A stretch of 64,000 nt of DNA, taken from assembly GCA_016184145.1 (NCBI GenBank), contig JACPDF010000022.1, positions 1,542 to 65,541 on the forward strand. The letters are read 5' to 3'. This document shows, one piece after another, positions 19,300 through 28,794 of this stretch. Each line of letters starts with the position of its first letter. Positions within the stretch are counted from its first letter, which is position 1. This DNA comes from Candidatus Woesearchaeota archaeon. GTDB lineage: Archaea; Nanobdellota; Nanobdellia; Woesearchaeales; GW2011-AR4. A program made the position numbers and the translations under genes. The notes under the pieces are model-generated. The model made no database searches. It saw nothing but the letters and a program-made list of their open reading frames with translations, and had not been told where the DNA came from.

Positions 19300-19707
19300 T
19301 TATTTTTTAGTTATTCTAGCCATTTCCAAAGCTGCTTTGACTGCCCTTTTTGCATATTCTTCTGCTCTTGACTCTGCCTGCTTCCATGTCACTCTCGGGC
19401 CAATGATTCCAAATCCAATAGGTTTTTTGTATTTTAGAGAAATATCAACGAGTTTTTTGGCAATCGTGCCAACAATAATAACATCGTGATGGGTTTCTCC
19501 TCGTATTACAGCGCCTAAAGCCGCTATAGCATCTATTTTCTCTTTTTCAAGAATATTTTTTACGGCAAATGGAATTTCGAATGATCCCGGAACATGTATT
19601 TTTTTGGCTACCTCCGCTCCTAAGCTTTTTGCAGCTTTTACAGCAGCCTTTTCCATCCTTGATGTTATCTCCTTATTGAAATCAGAAACAACTATGGCTA
19701 TTTTCAT
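19300..19707 (-). CDS. ribH: 6,7-dimethyl-8-ribityllumazine synthase
   Basis: MKIAIVVSDFNKEIT...VPGSFEIPFA...GAVIRGETHHD is typical of archaeal RibH (about 135 aa). Confidence 0.85.
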   Translation of the reverse strand: MKIAIVVSDFNKEITSRMEKAAVKAAKSLGAEVAKKIHVPGSFEIPFAVKNILEKEKIDAIAALGAVIRGETHHDVIIVGTIAKKLVDISLKYKKPIGFGIIGPRVTWKQAESRAEEYAKRAVKAALEMARITKK

Positions 19708-19779
19708 TTTTTTGATTTTTATAGATTTATTTTATTATATTTGTTGATCAGTCCGTATTGTTTATTATTTATAATGGAA

Positions 19780-20247
19780 TCAGTTTATTTTTATCGGGCC
19801 CTGATCTTCCTTGCCCTGCCTTTTCCCCATGCCTGCGTATTTTGTCAAGGTTTCCTTGCCTTTTAGCAATTCTATGGCATTCAAGGCATGCTTTTCTGTG
19901 CGATTCTTAGCTATTTGATAAAGCTCCTTGTCATTGTCAGCCTCATCCATATGGACAAAGACTTCCATTATATGCTTATTTGCCATTAACTGCGCTGTTT
20001 GCATCCCTAAAGAGGCTTCGTGGCTGCATTGCTTGTCAATTGGCTTTGGCCCCGCCATCCCCAAAGCCAGCACTATGTCGCAATTGTATTTCTCAAAAAG
20101 CAGTTTGCATGCTACCGGCAGGTCTTTCATTCCAGGAACTGTGTAGCGCTCTATCTGATGCTTGGAAATTTTTTTGATTGCGTCTACTGCAAATTCTGCC
20201 ATGTTTATCCTTGAAAAGGTTGTGTCTGCAATCCCGATTTTTGCCAT
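19780..20247 (-). CDS. ribC: Archaeal-type riboflavin synthase
   Basis: About 155 aa lumazine-synthase-fold protein (IGIADTTFSR...VPGMKDLP), adjacent to ribH and ribK, matching the MJ1184 family from memory. Confidence 0.7.
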   Translation of the reverse strand: MAKIGIADTTFSRINMAEFAVDAIKKISKHQIERYTVPGMKDLPVACKLLFEKYNCDIVLALGMAGPKPIDKQCSHEASLGMQTAQLMANKHIMEVFVHMDEADNDKELYQIAKNRTEKHALNAIELLKGKETLTKYAGMGKRQGKEDQGPIKIN

Positions 20248-20249
20248 TT

Positions 20250-20669
20250 TTATAATAATTCTATTTTTATTCTGTCTCCGTCTTTCAGATTTAATATTTC
20301 CCTCAGATTAAATTCTGAAATTACCTCAACAATGTCAAGGCCGTATCTTGTGAATTCTGGAATGATTATTGCACATTTAATCTGGTTTATCATGCAGGGA
20401 TAACAATAAACTTTTCCAAACTGCTTTATTCCTTTTTTAAACCCGCCAATTTTTATTAAATCTAGTGAGCTGATGAATTTTTTTGCTTGTTGCTTGTCTA
20501 CTTTAAGGTTGAGTGTTCCTTTGAATGGAGCATACCCCAGCTTTTTTTCCATGGAAAGCATATATGGCTCCAGAGACATGAAAAAGGCTCCATCCCCAAC
20601 GCCAGTGCTCACTATACCATGCAAAGCAGTTTTTACACCCCTCATACAATCCCAGAAGGACAATTTCAC
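20250..20669 (-). CDS. ribK: CTP-dependent riboflavin kinase (archaeal RibK, DUF120)
   Basis: GIVSTGVGDGAFFMSLEPY...PFKGTLNLKV...GKVYCYP pattern of the MJ0056 family. Confidence 0.75.
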   Translation of the reverse strand: MKLSFWDCMRGVKTALHGIVSTGVGDGAFFMSLEPYMLSMEKKLGYAPFKGTLNLKVDKQQAKKFISSLDLIKIGGFKKGIKQFGKVYCYPCMINQIKCAIIIPEFTRYGLDIVEVISEFNLREILNLKDGDRIKIELL

Positions 20670-20678
20670 TTATAAAGT

Positions 20679-21113
20679 TTACTTAATAAGCTCTTTAAAG
20701 CTCAAGGTAAGCTTTCTGCCCGTCTCGATGTCTTTTGCAAGGACTTTTTTTGCCATGCCGATTATTTTTATTTGGTCTCCTTTATACTTTATTATATCTC
20801 CTTTTTTGAAACTTGGCATTTTAAAAAGCAGGTTTACCCTGTACACGTCTCTGCTCGTTAGCCTGTTCCTTGTGTGTAGTTTTCTGCTCACTTCCAAGTG
20901 CCCTGAAAACCTTTCCTGCAATTTATTTCCAATGCTCCTGAGAAATCTCTGGGAGGATATGTAAATGTCCAAGCCGTTATTTATCTTCTTTGTTTTGGCT
21001 ATAGATACATTTCCTTTTTCTTTTATCTCTTTTGCTATAAAGTCCAGAACCTCGTCATTCGGGTTCCTTACCTGCAAAATTCCCTCAAAATACTCATTGT
21101 GCCTTGCTTCCAT
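20679..21113 (-). CDS. Hypothetical protein, possibly Nmd3-like OB-domain fragment
   Basis: EGILQVRNPNDEVLDFIAKEIKEK resembles the mid-region of Nmd3. No Zn-binding cysteines are present; the call is uncertain. Confidence 0.3.
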   Translation of the reverse strand: MEARHNEYFEGILQVRNPNDEVLDFIAKEIKEKGNVSIAKTKKINNGLDIYISSQRFLRSIGNKLQERFSGHLEVSRKLHTRNRLTSRDVYRVNLLFKMPSFKKGDIIKYKGDQIKIIGMAKKVLAKDIETGRKLTLSFKELIK

Positions 21114-21251
21114 TTTTAATATTTTATTTTTGATATTTTATTAATAATTATGATATAATTATAATCCAATTATTAATTTATTGATTTTTAACTATTGCTG
21201 GTTTAAAACAAAAACAAAAGCTTTTTATGTTATTGTGTAGTTTTTCGGCTT

Positions 21252-21860
21252 ATGGATAAAAAGGAAATGGAGAAGAATTTAAAGAAAGTATGGCATTTTA
21301 TCTGGGAAGACAACAGCATATGGAGCTGGATTGTGAACATTATTTTAGCTTTTATTCTTATTAAGTTCGTAGTTTATCCTTTTTTAGGATTGGTGTTGAT
21401 CACGAGCCATCCGGTTGTTGCAGTTGTGAGCGGCAGCATGGAGCATAATGGGATGGAGCTTGAGCAATGGTGGGAAAAAAACAAGGACTGGTACTTGAAG
21501 AACGGGATTGACAAAGCAGCTTTCGAGCAGTTTTCCCTAAAGAATGGCTTTAACAAGGGAGATATAATGATTCTAGTTGGAAAAGATGGGAGAAATATCA
21601 AAATAGGGGATGTCATAGTTTTTGTTGAGGGAGGTAAAGATCCCATAATACATAGGGTTGTAAAAAAGGCAGAGAGAAAGGGAACCATTTATTTCCAGAC
21701 AAAAGGGGATAACAACAGGGATTCGATAAAAACCAGCCAGCTTGACGAGACCAATATAGCAGAGACTGAGGTCATAGGGAAGGCTGCTTTCAGGGTGCCT
21801 CTTCTTGGATATATAAAAATAGGCTTTGTGGAGATTCTAAAATTGGCAGGCATACAATGA
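21252..21860 (+). CDS. Signal peptidase I (archaeal/eukaryal S26B type)
   Basis: N-terminal TM helix, catalytic-box VVSGSMEH, GDIMIL, and the IIHRVV motif. Confidence 0.8.
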   Translation: MDKKEMEKNLKKVWHFIWEDNSIWSWIVNIILAFILIKFVVYPFLGLVLITSHPVVAVVSGSMEHNGMELEQWWEKNKDWYLKNGIDKAAFEQFSLKNGFNKGDIMILVGKDGRNIKIGDVIVFVEGGKDPIIHRVVKKAERKGTIYFQTKGDNNRDSIKTSQLDETNIAETEVIGKAAFRVPLLGYIKIGFVEILKLAGIQ

Positions 21861-21897
21861 AAAGATTATTAAACCAGCACTAAAAGTTTAATATAAC

Positions 21898-22215
21898 ATG
21901 TTCTGTCCGAAGTGCGGCTCTGTATTGCTGCCAAGGAAGGAAGGCAGCAAGAGGATTCTTGTATGCAGCTGCGGCTATAAATCAAGCGGCATGGAGAAAA
22001 CGAAGATAACGGAGACCATCAACAGGAAAGGGAGGGAAGTGGAAGTCATAGAAAAGACTGATTTTGAGACGCTGCCAAAAACAAAAGCAGAATGCGAGAA
22101 ATGCGGGCATAAGAAGGCCTTTTATTGGACTTTGCAGACAAGAGCAGGAGACGAGCCTGAAACCAAGTTCTTAAAGTGCGAGAAATGCGGATATACGTGG
22201 AGAGATTATGACTAG
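21898..22215 (+). CDS. tfs: Transcription factor S / RNA polymerase subunit M
   Basis: N-terminal Zn ribbon CPKCGS...CSCG and C-terminal CEKCGHKKAFYWTLQTRAGDEPETKFLKCEKCG (a TFIIS-type Zn ribbon with the acidic RAGDEP loop). Confidence 0.9.
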   Translation: MFCPKCGSVLLPRKEGSKRILVCSCGYKSSGMEKTKITETINRKGREVEVIEKTDFETLPKTKAECEKCGHKKAFYWTLQTRAGDEPETKFLKCEKCGYTWRDYD

Positions 22216-22263
22216 GATTTAGCAGTCCAACGGTTAGATCATTAATTAGGCATTCATTAATTT

Positions 22264-22512
22264 ATGCAAATCAGAGAAAAGTCATTCAGGGTCATAATAA
22301 AGCCAAATTCTTCTAAAAATGAGATTATCAGCTTCGATAAGGATAAAAAGGCATATAAGGTAAACATAAAGGAGAAAGCAGAAGATAATAAGGCAAACAA
22401 GGAATTATTAAGGTTTTTGTCTAAATATCTGGGAAAAAGGGTAAAAATCAAATCCGGGCTTAAGTCAAGGGAAAAGCTTATTGAAGTTATTGATTATAGT
22501 GGCGGAATTTAA
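22264..22512 (+). CDS. DUF167/YggU family protein
   Basis: About 80 aa with the pattern IKPNSSKNEI...KAYKVNIKEKAEDNKANKELLRFLSKYLG...V.I.SGLKSREK. Confidence 0.6.
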   Translation: MQIREKSFRVIIKPNSSKNEIISFDKDKKAYKVNIKEKAEDNKANKELLRFLSKYLGKRVKIKSGLKSREKLIEVIDYSGGI

Positions 22513-22649
22513 TATTTGTAATGATTGTTAAATTCCGCTAATATAGGCACGGATTACCTATTACAAAAATTAACTTCCGTGCCTATAAAATAATAAACAT
22601 TTAAATATTATATTCAAAATATTGTTTCAAAAAGAGGTGTGTTTAGTCA

Positions 22650-23690
22650 ATGAGTCTGCTTAATTTCATTGTTATTTCTGGCATTTTTGGCAAAAAGGAT
22701 AATGATCTAGACATATCACCCCCACCGCCGCCTTTTCCGCAGATAGGAGAAAAGGAGAAAGACCTGATAGAAAGCGAGAAGAGGAGAAAGGCTGAGGAGA
22801 AAGGGAGAAAAGCGCAGGAAGTGCTGCGCTTAAAGGAAGAAAAAAGGGAGCAGGAAGAATTGAAGAGAAGAAAGCTGGAAAAGATACGGGCAGAGGAGAA
22901 GAAGAAGAAACAAAAAGAGCTGGAAAGAAGAAAGCTTGAGCAGCAAAGGAGAAAAGCGCAGGAAGAGGGAATAAGGCAGAAGGAGCTTGAGAAAAGAAGG
23001 AGAGGAGAAGAGGAGAAGAGAAAAGAACTAGAGAAGAAAAAGAGGCAGGAAGAGATAAAAAGGAAAAACAAAAGGCTGATGGAGAGAAGAGCCAAAACAG
23101 CAAAGAAAAAGACATTTGATTTCTTAAATAAAGTAGGGCTGGCAAAAACGAAGAAAGAGAAAACAGAACATCACAGGCAGAGGAAGGAATACGCTGAATT
23201 AAGGAAAAATGCAGAGAAAATGCTGGCGGAGGAAGCGAGACGGAGGGAACTAGAGAGTAAAAAACAAATTAAGATTAAGGAGAAAGGGGAGGGGAAGCTG
23301 GAAAAAGAGACCTCAAAAGGAATAGAAAAGCCCCATGAGATAGCAGGAGCTGAAGAAGAGATACAAAAGGCGATAGAAGGGATAAAGAAAAAGGAAAAGG
23401 AGCCTTCAAAACTGAAAAAATTATTTGGGAGAAAAGAAGAGGAAAAATTAGAGACTCCGGAAGTAATGCCGAGCTTTGAGGAAAAGGCTGATGAAGTTGA
23501 TCTTATAGAGGAAAAGATACATAAGGCAAGGCTGGCGTTAATGGATTTCAAGTTTGATATGGCAAAAAAGACTTACATTGAGATTATGAGAATATATAAT
23601 GATATGGACAGCAAGAAGAAAGCCAGAGTCTATCCTGACATAAAAGACCTGTATTATGAAAGGAAGACTGCGGAAAAATACGCAAAGTAG
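22650..23690 (+). CDS. Lys/Glu/Arg-rich coiled-coil protein with an N-terminal hydrophobic segment and a conserved C-terminal domain (paralog of 3..1262)
   Basis: (E/K/R) repeats over about 250 aa. The C-terminal IHKARLALMDFKFDMAKKTYIEIMRIYNDMD...YPDIKDLYYERK aligns with the tail of the first ORF. Antisense ORFs 22643..23095 and 22672..23145 are rejected. Confidence 0.6.
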   Translation: MSLLNFIVISGIFGKKDNDLDISPPPPPFPQIGEKEKDLIESEKRRKAEEKGRKAQEVLRLKEEKREQEELKRRKLEKIRAEEKKKKQKELERRKLEQQRRKAQEEGIRQKELEKRRRGEEEKRKELEKKKRQEEIKRKNKRLMERRAKTAKKKTFDFLNKVGLAKTKKEKTEHHRQRKEYAELRKNAEKMLAEEARRRELESKKQIKIKEKGEGKLEKETSKGIEKPHEIAGAEEEIQKAIEGIKKKEKEPSKLKKLFGRKEEEKLETPEVMPSFEEKADEVDLIEEKIHKARLALMDFKFDMAKKTYIEIMRIYNDMDSKKKARVYPDIKDLYYERKTAEKYAK

Positions 23691-23842
23691 ATGTTTCTGT
23701 TTTTATATGTAATGAAAGACAAAAATTTTGACTTAATTTGTTTTGTCTTTCAAACATTAGTAGCTGATTTCTATAAGCAATAATTTTTATCAGCTACTAA
23801 TGTTCCACAAAGTTAATAAATAAATTGAATTCCTAGTTTTCC

Positions 23843-24460
23843 ATGGCTAGAAGCTTGTTTATTGTTCTGGATGGCATGGATGGCTCTGGAAAAAGCGAGA
23901 TGGTAAAGCTGCTGCATAACTATATTTTTTCAAAAAGCAGGAGCTACAGGATATTGACAACTAGGGAACCTACAAGTGGCAGCTATGGAAGAGAGATAAG
24001 GGAAATCCTTGCATCTGACAAAGATCCTAAAGAGAATGCGGAAAAGCTGCTTGAGCTTTTTATAAAAGACAGGCAGGAGCACGTCAATAATTCTATTGTG
24101 CCATTCCTTAAAAAGAGCAATGGAGACATGAATATTGTAATATGCGACAGGTATTATTATTCCACAATTGCATTCCAGGCTGTGCAGGGATTGGACATGA
24201 AAATGCTCGTTGAGAAAAATAAAAAATTCCTTAAACCTGATGTAGCGTTTATCATGGACCTAAAGCCGGAGATTGCGCTGGAAAGGATAAAAAGGAGGGA
24301 AAAGGAAAAATTTGAACAGGTTGATTTCATGAGGAGGCTGAGGGAGAGGTTCTTGCAGCTGCCAAAAATCTTAAAGGATAATATAAAGATTATAGATGCA
24401 TCAAAGGATGTTGATAAGGTATTTGAGGCTATAAAGAAAGAAGTTGACAAAATCCTCTAA
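23843..24460 (+). CDS. tmk: Thymidylate kinase
   Basis: P-loop FIVLDGMDGSGKSEMVKLL, a DRY-like motif (CDRYYYS) and lid region; about 205 aa. Confidence 0.85.
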   Translation: MARSLFIVLDGMDGSGKSEMVKLLHNYIFSKSRSYRILTTREPTSGSYGREIREILASDKDPKENAEKLLELFIKDRQEHVNNSIVPFLKKSNGDMNIVICDRYYYSTIAFQAVQGLDMKMLVEKNKKFLKPDVAFIMDLKPEIALERIKRREKEKFEQVDFMRRLRERFLQLPKILKDNIKIIDASKDVDKVFEAIKKEVDKIL

Positions 24461-24575
24461 AGCAATCAGAATCAGCTTTCTTCCTCGTCCTCTGTTTCCT
24501 TGTCTTCTTCTGTAAACTCATCAAGCTTCTTGTTCTTCTGCATTGTCTTGTAGCTGACTGTCATTTTCACCTCTT

Positions 24576-25031
24576 TTAGAGACCGGTGCTTCCAAAGCCA
24601 TTTTCTGACCTCGTTGTTTCGGAAAGCTGAGCTGACTCTTCAAAAACAGCTTCTTCCACTTTGGCAAATATAAGCTGGCCTATCTTCCTGCCCTTTTCTA
24701 TCTTGTAAGTTTCAGCGCTCAGGTTTATTACAGGAATTTTTATTTCTCCCCTATATGAGCTGTCGATTGTTCCAACAGCATTTGCATGGGTTATTCCATG
24801 GTTCATAGCCAAACCGCTTTTGGGCCTTATCTGGCATTCATATCCATAAGGAATTTCAAGCTTTAATCCTGTAGGCACCAGTTTGCGCTCCATTGGTTTT
24901 AAGACACAATCTTCTGCAGAATAAACATCTACACCTGCGTCTCCTTTGTGGGCATAAGAAGGCGTGGGAACATCAGCAACTTTCTGTATCTTTATTTTAA
25001 TCACCATTTTAGAAGCCTCAATTTCTTGCAA
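24576..25031 (-). CDS. dut: dUTP diphosphatase (trimeric dUTPase)
   Basis: Motifs AHKGDAGVDV, RPKSGLAMNHGI, GTIDSSYRGEI and the C-terminal GFGSTG. Confidence 0.85.
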   Translation of the reverse strand: MQEIEASKMVIKIKIQKVADVPTPSYAHKGDAGVDVYSAEDCVLKPMERKLVPTGLKLEIPYGYECQIRPKSGLAMNHGITHANAVGTIDSSYRGEIKIPVINLSAETYKIEKGRKIGQLIFAKVEEAVFEESAQLSETTRSENGFGSTGL

Positions 25032-25078
25032 GAAGGTTGTATTTAAATTATATGGGTATGCAAAATATAGTTTCTATG

Positions 25079-25579
25079 CTATTTTTTAATTAATCCCATT
25101 ATTGATTCTATTTTATTGTACAATATCCTGCCATCTTCTGCATCAGCCTTTATGTTGATTGTGTTAAAAGAGCTGGTTATTTGGGTTATGTTCCATACTG
25201 TGCCGTATTTTTCAAGATTTTGCAGTATTGCTATTGTCTTATTTATCAGCTCACTTGAATAGGTTTTGTTTGTAAATTCCTTTGTTTTTTTCAGAATACC
25301 ACTAAATGACATTTTTGCTTTTTCTGTTTCTATTGGCTTTACTTCTGCATCCGGCTTTTTGAAGATTTCCTCTTCCTCCTGCATATCTATTTTTTCATCT
25401 ACAATAAATGTGACAACCTTGCCAGTTGATTTGCGGTAAAAGCCAAGGTTCCATGGCTGCTCCTTGTTTTCTTCGGAAATTTTCAGGGCATAGGAGAAGA
25501 AAGTGTCCGGATTTTTTTGCTTCCATTCCTTGAACTCTTTGCTTTCATTCAGTTTTTCTAATGCCTCTTTTAGCTCCAT
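25079..25579 (-). CDS. Hypothetical protein (166 aa)
   Basis: ORF divergent from taw1. No motif recognised. Confidence 0.4.
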   Translation of the reverse strand: MELKEALEKLNESKEFKEWKQKNPDTFFSYALKISEENKEQPWNLGFYRKSTGKVVTFIVDEKIDMQEEEEIFKKPDAEVKPIETEKAKMSFSGILKKTKEFTNKTYSSELINKTIAILQNLEKYGTVWNITQITSSFNTINIKADAEDGRILYNKIESIMGLIKK

Positions 25580-25619
25580 ATTTTGGATTTAGCGCTAAAA
25601 ATTTATATATGTTTGTATA

Positions 25620-26603
25620 TTGCCAAGGAGAATGGCAATTGCGCTGAATGTTTTCCAGGAGCAGAAGGATTTAAAGGAGAAGAAGAGGCATAATGAGGGC
25701 TATAGGCTGGTTGGGAATCATTCTGCAGTCAAAATATGCGGTTACTGCAAGAAATCAATAAAGGGGGAGGATGTCTGCTATAAGAATACCTTTTATGGAA
25801 TAGAGAGCTGGAGATGCATCCAGATGTCTCCTACATTCTTTTGCGACCATAGATGCGTTTTCTGCTGGAGAGACATAGATTATGTATGGCCAAAATGGCA
25901 AGGGCCAATAGATAATCCCAATGAGATAGTGGATAATGCTATAAAAGCACATGTCGAGCTTTTGCAGGGATTTAAGGGAAACCCAAAATCTGTTGAAGAA
26001 AAGCTTAAGGCCATGGAAAAGCCCCTGCATTTTGCAATTTCCTTGACTGGAGAGCCGACAATGTATCCTAGGCTGCCGGAAATGATTGACTACATAAAGG
26101 AAAAAGGAATGACTGCTTTTTTGGTTACTAATGGGACTATTCCGGAGATGGTTGAGAAATTGATTGATCACCAGCCGACACAGCTTTATATTTCTGTCTA
26201 TGGTACTAACAAAGAGATGCATCAACGTACAGCTAACCCGATAACAAAAGATGCGTGGGAAAGACTGCAAAAATCATTGTCTATGATGCACAAGTTCAAC
26301 AGGAATGTCATGAGGCTGACTTTAGTAAGAGGATTTAATTTCATGGATCCAGAAGGGTATGCAAAGCTTGCTGAAAAATACAATCCTATGTTTATTGAGG
26401 CAAAAGGTTTTGCCTTCGTTGGACACAGTCAAGAACGTTTAGAAGTGCATAATATGCCGTATCATCATGAAATAATGGAATTCGCCAAAAAGATAGAAGA
26501 AAACTCGTCTTATAAGGTAATTGACAGCAAAGCGGAGAGCAAAGTTGCTTTGTTGGTTAAGGAAGATTTTGAAGGAAGGAAGATGAATTTTGGAGGGTTG
26601 TAA
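25620..26603 (+). CDS. taw1: tRNA 4-demethylwyosine synthase (radical SAM, Taw1/TYW1)
   Basis: YRLVGNHSAVKICGYC near the N-terminus and the radical SAM cluster CDHRCVFC; about 327 aa, typical of archaeal Taw1. Confidence 0.8.
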   Translation: MPRRMAIALNVFQEQKDLKEKKRHNEGYRLVGNHSAVKICGYCKKSIKGEDVCYKNTFYGIESWRCIQMSPTFFCDHRCVFCWRDIDYVWPKWQGPIDNPNEIVDNAIKAHVELLQGFKGNPKSVEEKLKAMEKPLHFAISLTGEPTMYPRLPEMIDYIKEKGMTAFLVTNGTIPEMVEKLIDHQPTQLYISVYGTNKEMHQRTANPITKDAWERLQKSLSMMHKFNRNVMRLTLVRGFNFMDPEGYAKLAEKYNPMFIEAKGFAFVGHSQERLEVHNMPYHHEIMEFAKKIEENSSYKVIDSKAESKVALLVKEDFEGRKMNFGGL

Positions 26604-26639
26604 AATAGTTTTATTATTGATTATAATTATTATTTCCAC

Positions 26640-26722
26640 AATTCTAGGCTCGGCGCATTACGGCCTTGCAATATTTGAATACTCAGCATTAAGGACACGT
26701 TCGCAATAGTTCGTGTTAAAAG
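26640..26722. repeat. Intergenic repeat family R1, copy 2
   Basis: Shares aattctaggctcggcgcattacggcct and cattaag(g/a)acacgttcgca blocks with 14219..14300. Lies between the convergent taw1 and phosphoesterase genes. Confidence 0.8.
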
Positions 26723-26743
26723 AGTTTGCTTTCAGAATAAAGT

Positions 26744-27346
26744 TTATATTTTTATTATCTTCCCGTAAGGCCCCGGATTTACAATTAAAGTTTTCTTCAG
26801 ATTATCTTTTTTGTTGAAATTCTCATGCAGATGCCCGCAAATATACAAATCTACCTTATTTTTTGCTATGAAATCCCTATAGGTTTTGTTGCCGCAATGC
26901 TCTCCAACTATTAAATCCACTTTTGTTCCGTAAGGAGGCGCATGGGTTATGAAGACTATTTTTTTATCGTAGTTTTTTTTGATGATTTTTCTGAATTTTC
27001 TGCCGGTTAGGTAAAAGCGCGGCTCCCTCAAAGAAAAACCTCCGCCGCCATAGCCCAAAAAGAGGCATTCATCATATTTATAAAAATTTTTATGGATAAA
27101 AACCAGATTATTGTATTCTTTGCATATTCTTCTCGTCAATGCTTCTGTTTCATGGTTCCCGTGTATTAACAGGATTTTTTTCTTTAGTTTGCTTAATTTG
27201 CTCAATACAATATCGAGACCCTGCTCAAATATTGTCAAATCCCCTGCGCAAACCAACAAGTCAGGGTTTTCCATCTTTATTTTCGACTTTATTTTATTTA
27301 ATGCTATGCTTGATAGATGAATATCTGTAAAGGCAAGGATTTTCAT
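26744..27346 (-). CDS. Calcineurin-like metallophosphoesterase
   Basis: Motifs ILAFTDIHL, CAGDL and LIHGNHE. Confidence 0.8.
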   Translation of the reverse strand: MKILAFTDIHLSSIALNKIKSKIKMENPDLLVCAGDLTIFEQGLDIVLSKLSKLKKKILLIHGNHETEALTRRICKEYNNLVFIHKNFYKYDECLFLGYGGGGFSLREPRFYLTGRKFRKIIKKNYDKKIVFITHAPPYGTKVDLIVGEHCGNKTYRDFIAKNKVDLYICGHLHENFNKKDNLKKTLIVNPGPYGKIIKI

Positions 27347-27391
27347 TTTGGTTTTATGTTTTAAAGTATTTTATAAATTTATTTAATTTTA

Positions 27392-27556
27392 GGGCTTTGC
27401 ACAAAAACTACGCTTCGCTTCGGGTTAGCAGCTTCAAATCTTTAATGTTCAAATTTAAGGCTGACATTTCCCGTATGGAGCATCCCCTTTGTCAGCTTAA
27501 TGTTATATTAAAAGAGATTTGACCTTAAGGCTGCTAACCACTTTTTGTGCAAAGCC
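27392..27556. mobile_element. MITE-like element copy A (165 nt, terminal inverted repeats gggctttgcacaaaaa / tttttgtgcaaagcc with a nested inverted repeat)
   Basis: Perfect 15-16 nt terminal inverted repeats. The conserved core gacatttcccgtatggagcatcccctttgtca is shared with copy B. Confidence 0.65.
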
Positions 27557-27561
27557 TGATT

Positions 27562-28794
27562 TTAGGAAATGTTATAGTAGTCTTCCAGAACAACCTTATC
27601 AACATTCTCAACATCCTTAACAATATAGAGCTTTCCATTCCCTAACTCTATTATTTTTTCTGCGAGCTTTTTTCCTTTCTCGCCCAGATTTATTCCGATT
27701 AAAGAGATGGTTATGCCTTTGTTTCTTGCTATTGAGACCTCTTTTAACGTGTCTTTTTCCGGCTCCTCTCCAAGAGTGGGCATAGCATCTGTTATCAGGA
27801 TCAGGTGTTTGGTTACATTGCCATGCGGAAACAATTCTATTGCTTTTTTCAACGTGGCTTTAAAGTCTGTCTGCCTTGAAGCTCTGGCAACTGCTATATT
27901 CCTCAGCAGGAATGTAAAATCACTTGTAGGCTCTATTGTCGTCTTGATTTCAGAGCCGAAAACTATTAAGCCTACTTTATCTTTTTCATGTATTGCTTTG
28001 TAAGCTAACGCAATTCCTGCTCTCTTGCACGCATCCATCTTGTTCCCTTTCATGCTCCCGGATGCATCCAAAGCGTAGATTATGTAATTTTGACCGCGGC
28101 TTTGCCTTTCAAATACCTGCAGGTCTTTTTGATCGAGAGCCTTATGGCCTCTTCTTATTGCGAGTTTGGATGAGCGCTTTATTGAGATATCCCTGTATCT
28201 ATCCCCTTTTTTGTAAGCCCTTGAAGATTCCTTGCTGCCATAGATAGATGCCTGCTTGTGCATTTTTTCCCCTAAAATTCCTTTAGGGGTTATTTTGTCT
28301 AACTCTTCAAAATACATGACTAGGGATGCCAATTCAAAGCCTTTCTCGCTTATATTTGAATCAGAATCAAGAAAACCCTCATCTCTCAGGCTTTCTATGT
28401 TTTTTTCAATCCTGAACCTTAGTTCTTTCCTAAATTCCGGAATGTTTATGTTTTTCCTTATGTAGTCTGGATCATAGCCTGTGGCCAACTTCAATAAAGA
28501 AGGGCCATAGATATTATGTGCGATGCTGTAGTTTTTAACAAGCTGCTGGTACATTAGCTCAGGGGCAAATGACTGCAGGCCCTGGTTTATCGAATCAGCA
28601 ATTAGCTTGCCCTTCTCTATGGTTTCCTTGTCATTCTCCAGGACAGAGCGCATTAACTTATCCTCTGCCTTTTGCGCAGAAAGATTTCCGGTTAATTCCT
28701 GTATTTCCTCTTTTTCATCAACATGTTGCCGGCTGTCAAAGTAAATCACCTTTTTTTTCCTCAAGAACTTCAGAATCAATAATGTTTTTCTCAA
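27562..28794 (-). CDS. von Willebrand factor type A domain protein
   Basis: MIDAS motif YALDASGSMKG followed by ...LITDAMPT. The annotated start overlaps the upstream MoxR gene by 59 nt; the true start may be a later Met (e.g. MRSV). Confidence 0.75.
   Translation of the reverse strand: MRKTLLILKFLRKKKVIYFDSRQHVDEKEEIQELTGNLSAQKAEDKLMRSVLENDKETIEKGKLIADSINQGLQSFAPELMYQQLVKNYSIAHNIYGPSLLKLATGYDPDYIRKNINIPEFRKELRFRIEKNIESLRDEGFLDSDSNISEKGFELASLVMYFEELDKITPKGILGEKMHKQASIYGSKESSRAYKKGDRYRDISIKRSSKLAIRRGHKALDQKDLQVFERQSRGQNYIIYALDASGSMKGNKMDACKRAGIALAYKAIHEKDKVGLIVFGSEIKTTIEPTSDFTFLLRNIAVARASRQTDFKATLKKAIELFPHGNVTKHLILITDAMPTLGEEPEKDTLKEVSIARNKGITISLIGINLGEKGKKLAEKIIELGNGKLYIVKDVENVDKVVLEDYYNIS

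Noticed and set aside
22530-22610. Inverted repeat taggcacggattacctattacaaaaattaacttccgtgccta, considered as a possible ncRNA or CRISPR-like repeat
   Set aside because: It is a single hairpin with no tandem repetition or spacers. It is most simply an intrinsic terminator-like hairpin downstream of the DUF167 gene. No CRISPR array is present anywhere in the window.
22643-23145. Two overlapping minus-strand ORFs (150 and 157 aa), Ser/Phe/Leu-rich
   Set aside because: Antisense to the Lys/Glu/Arg repeat protein 22650..23690. Low-complexity mirror frames.
24476-24567. 30-aa acidic micro-ORF (MTVSYKTMQKNKKLDEFTEEDKETEDEEES) just downstream of dut on the minus strand
   Set aside because: Too short to call without homology or expression evidence. 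It could equally be 3'-UTR sequence.
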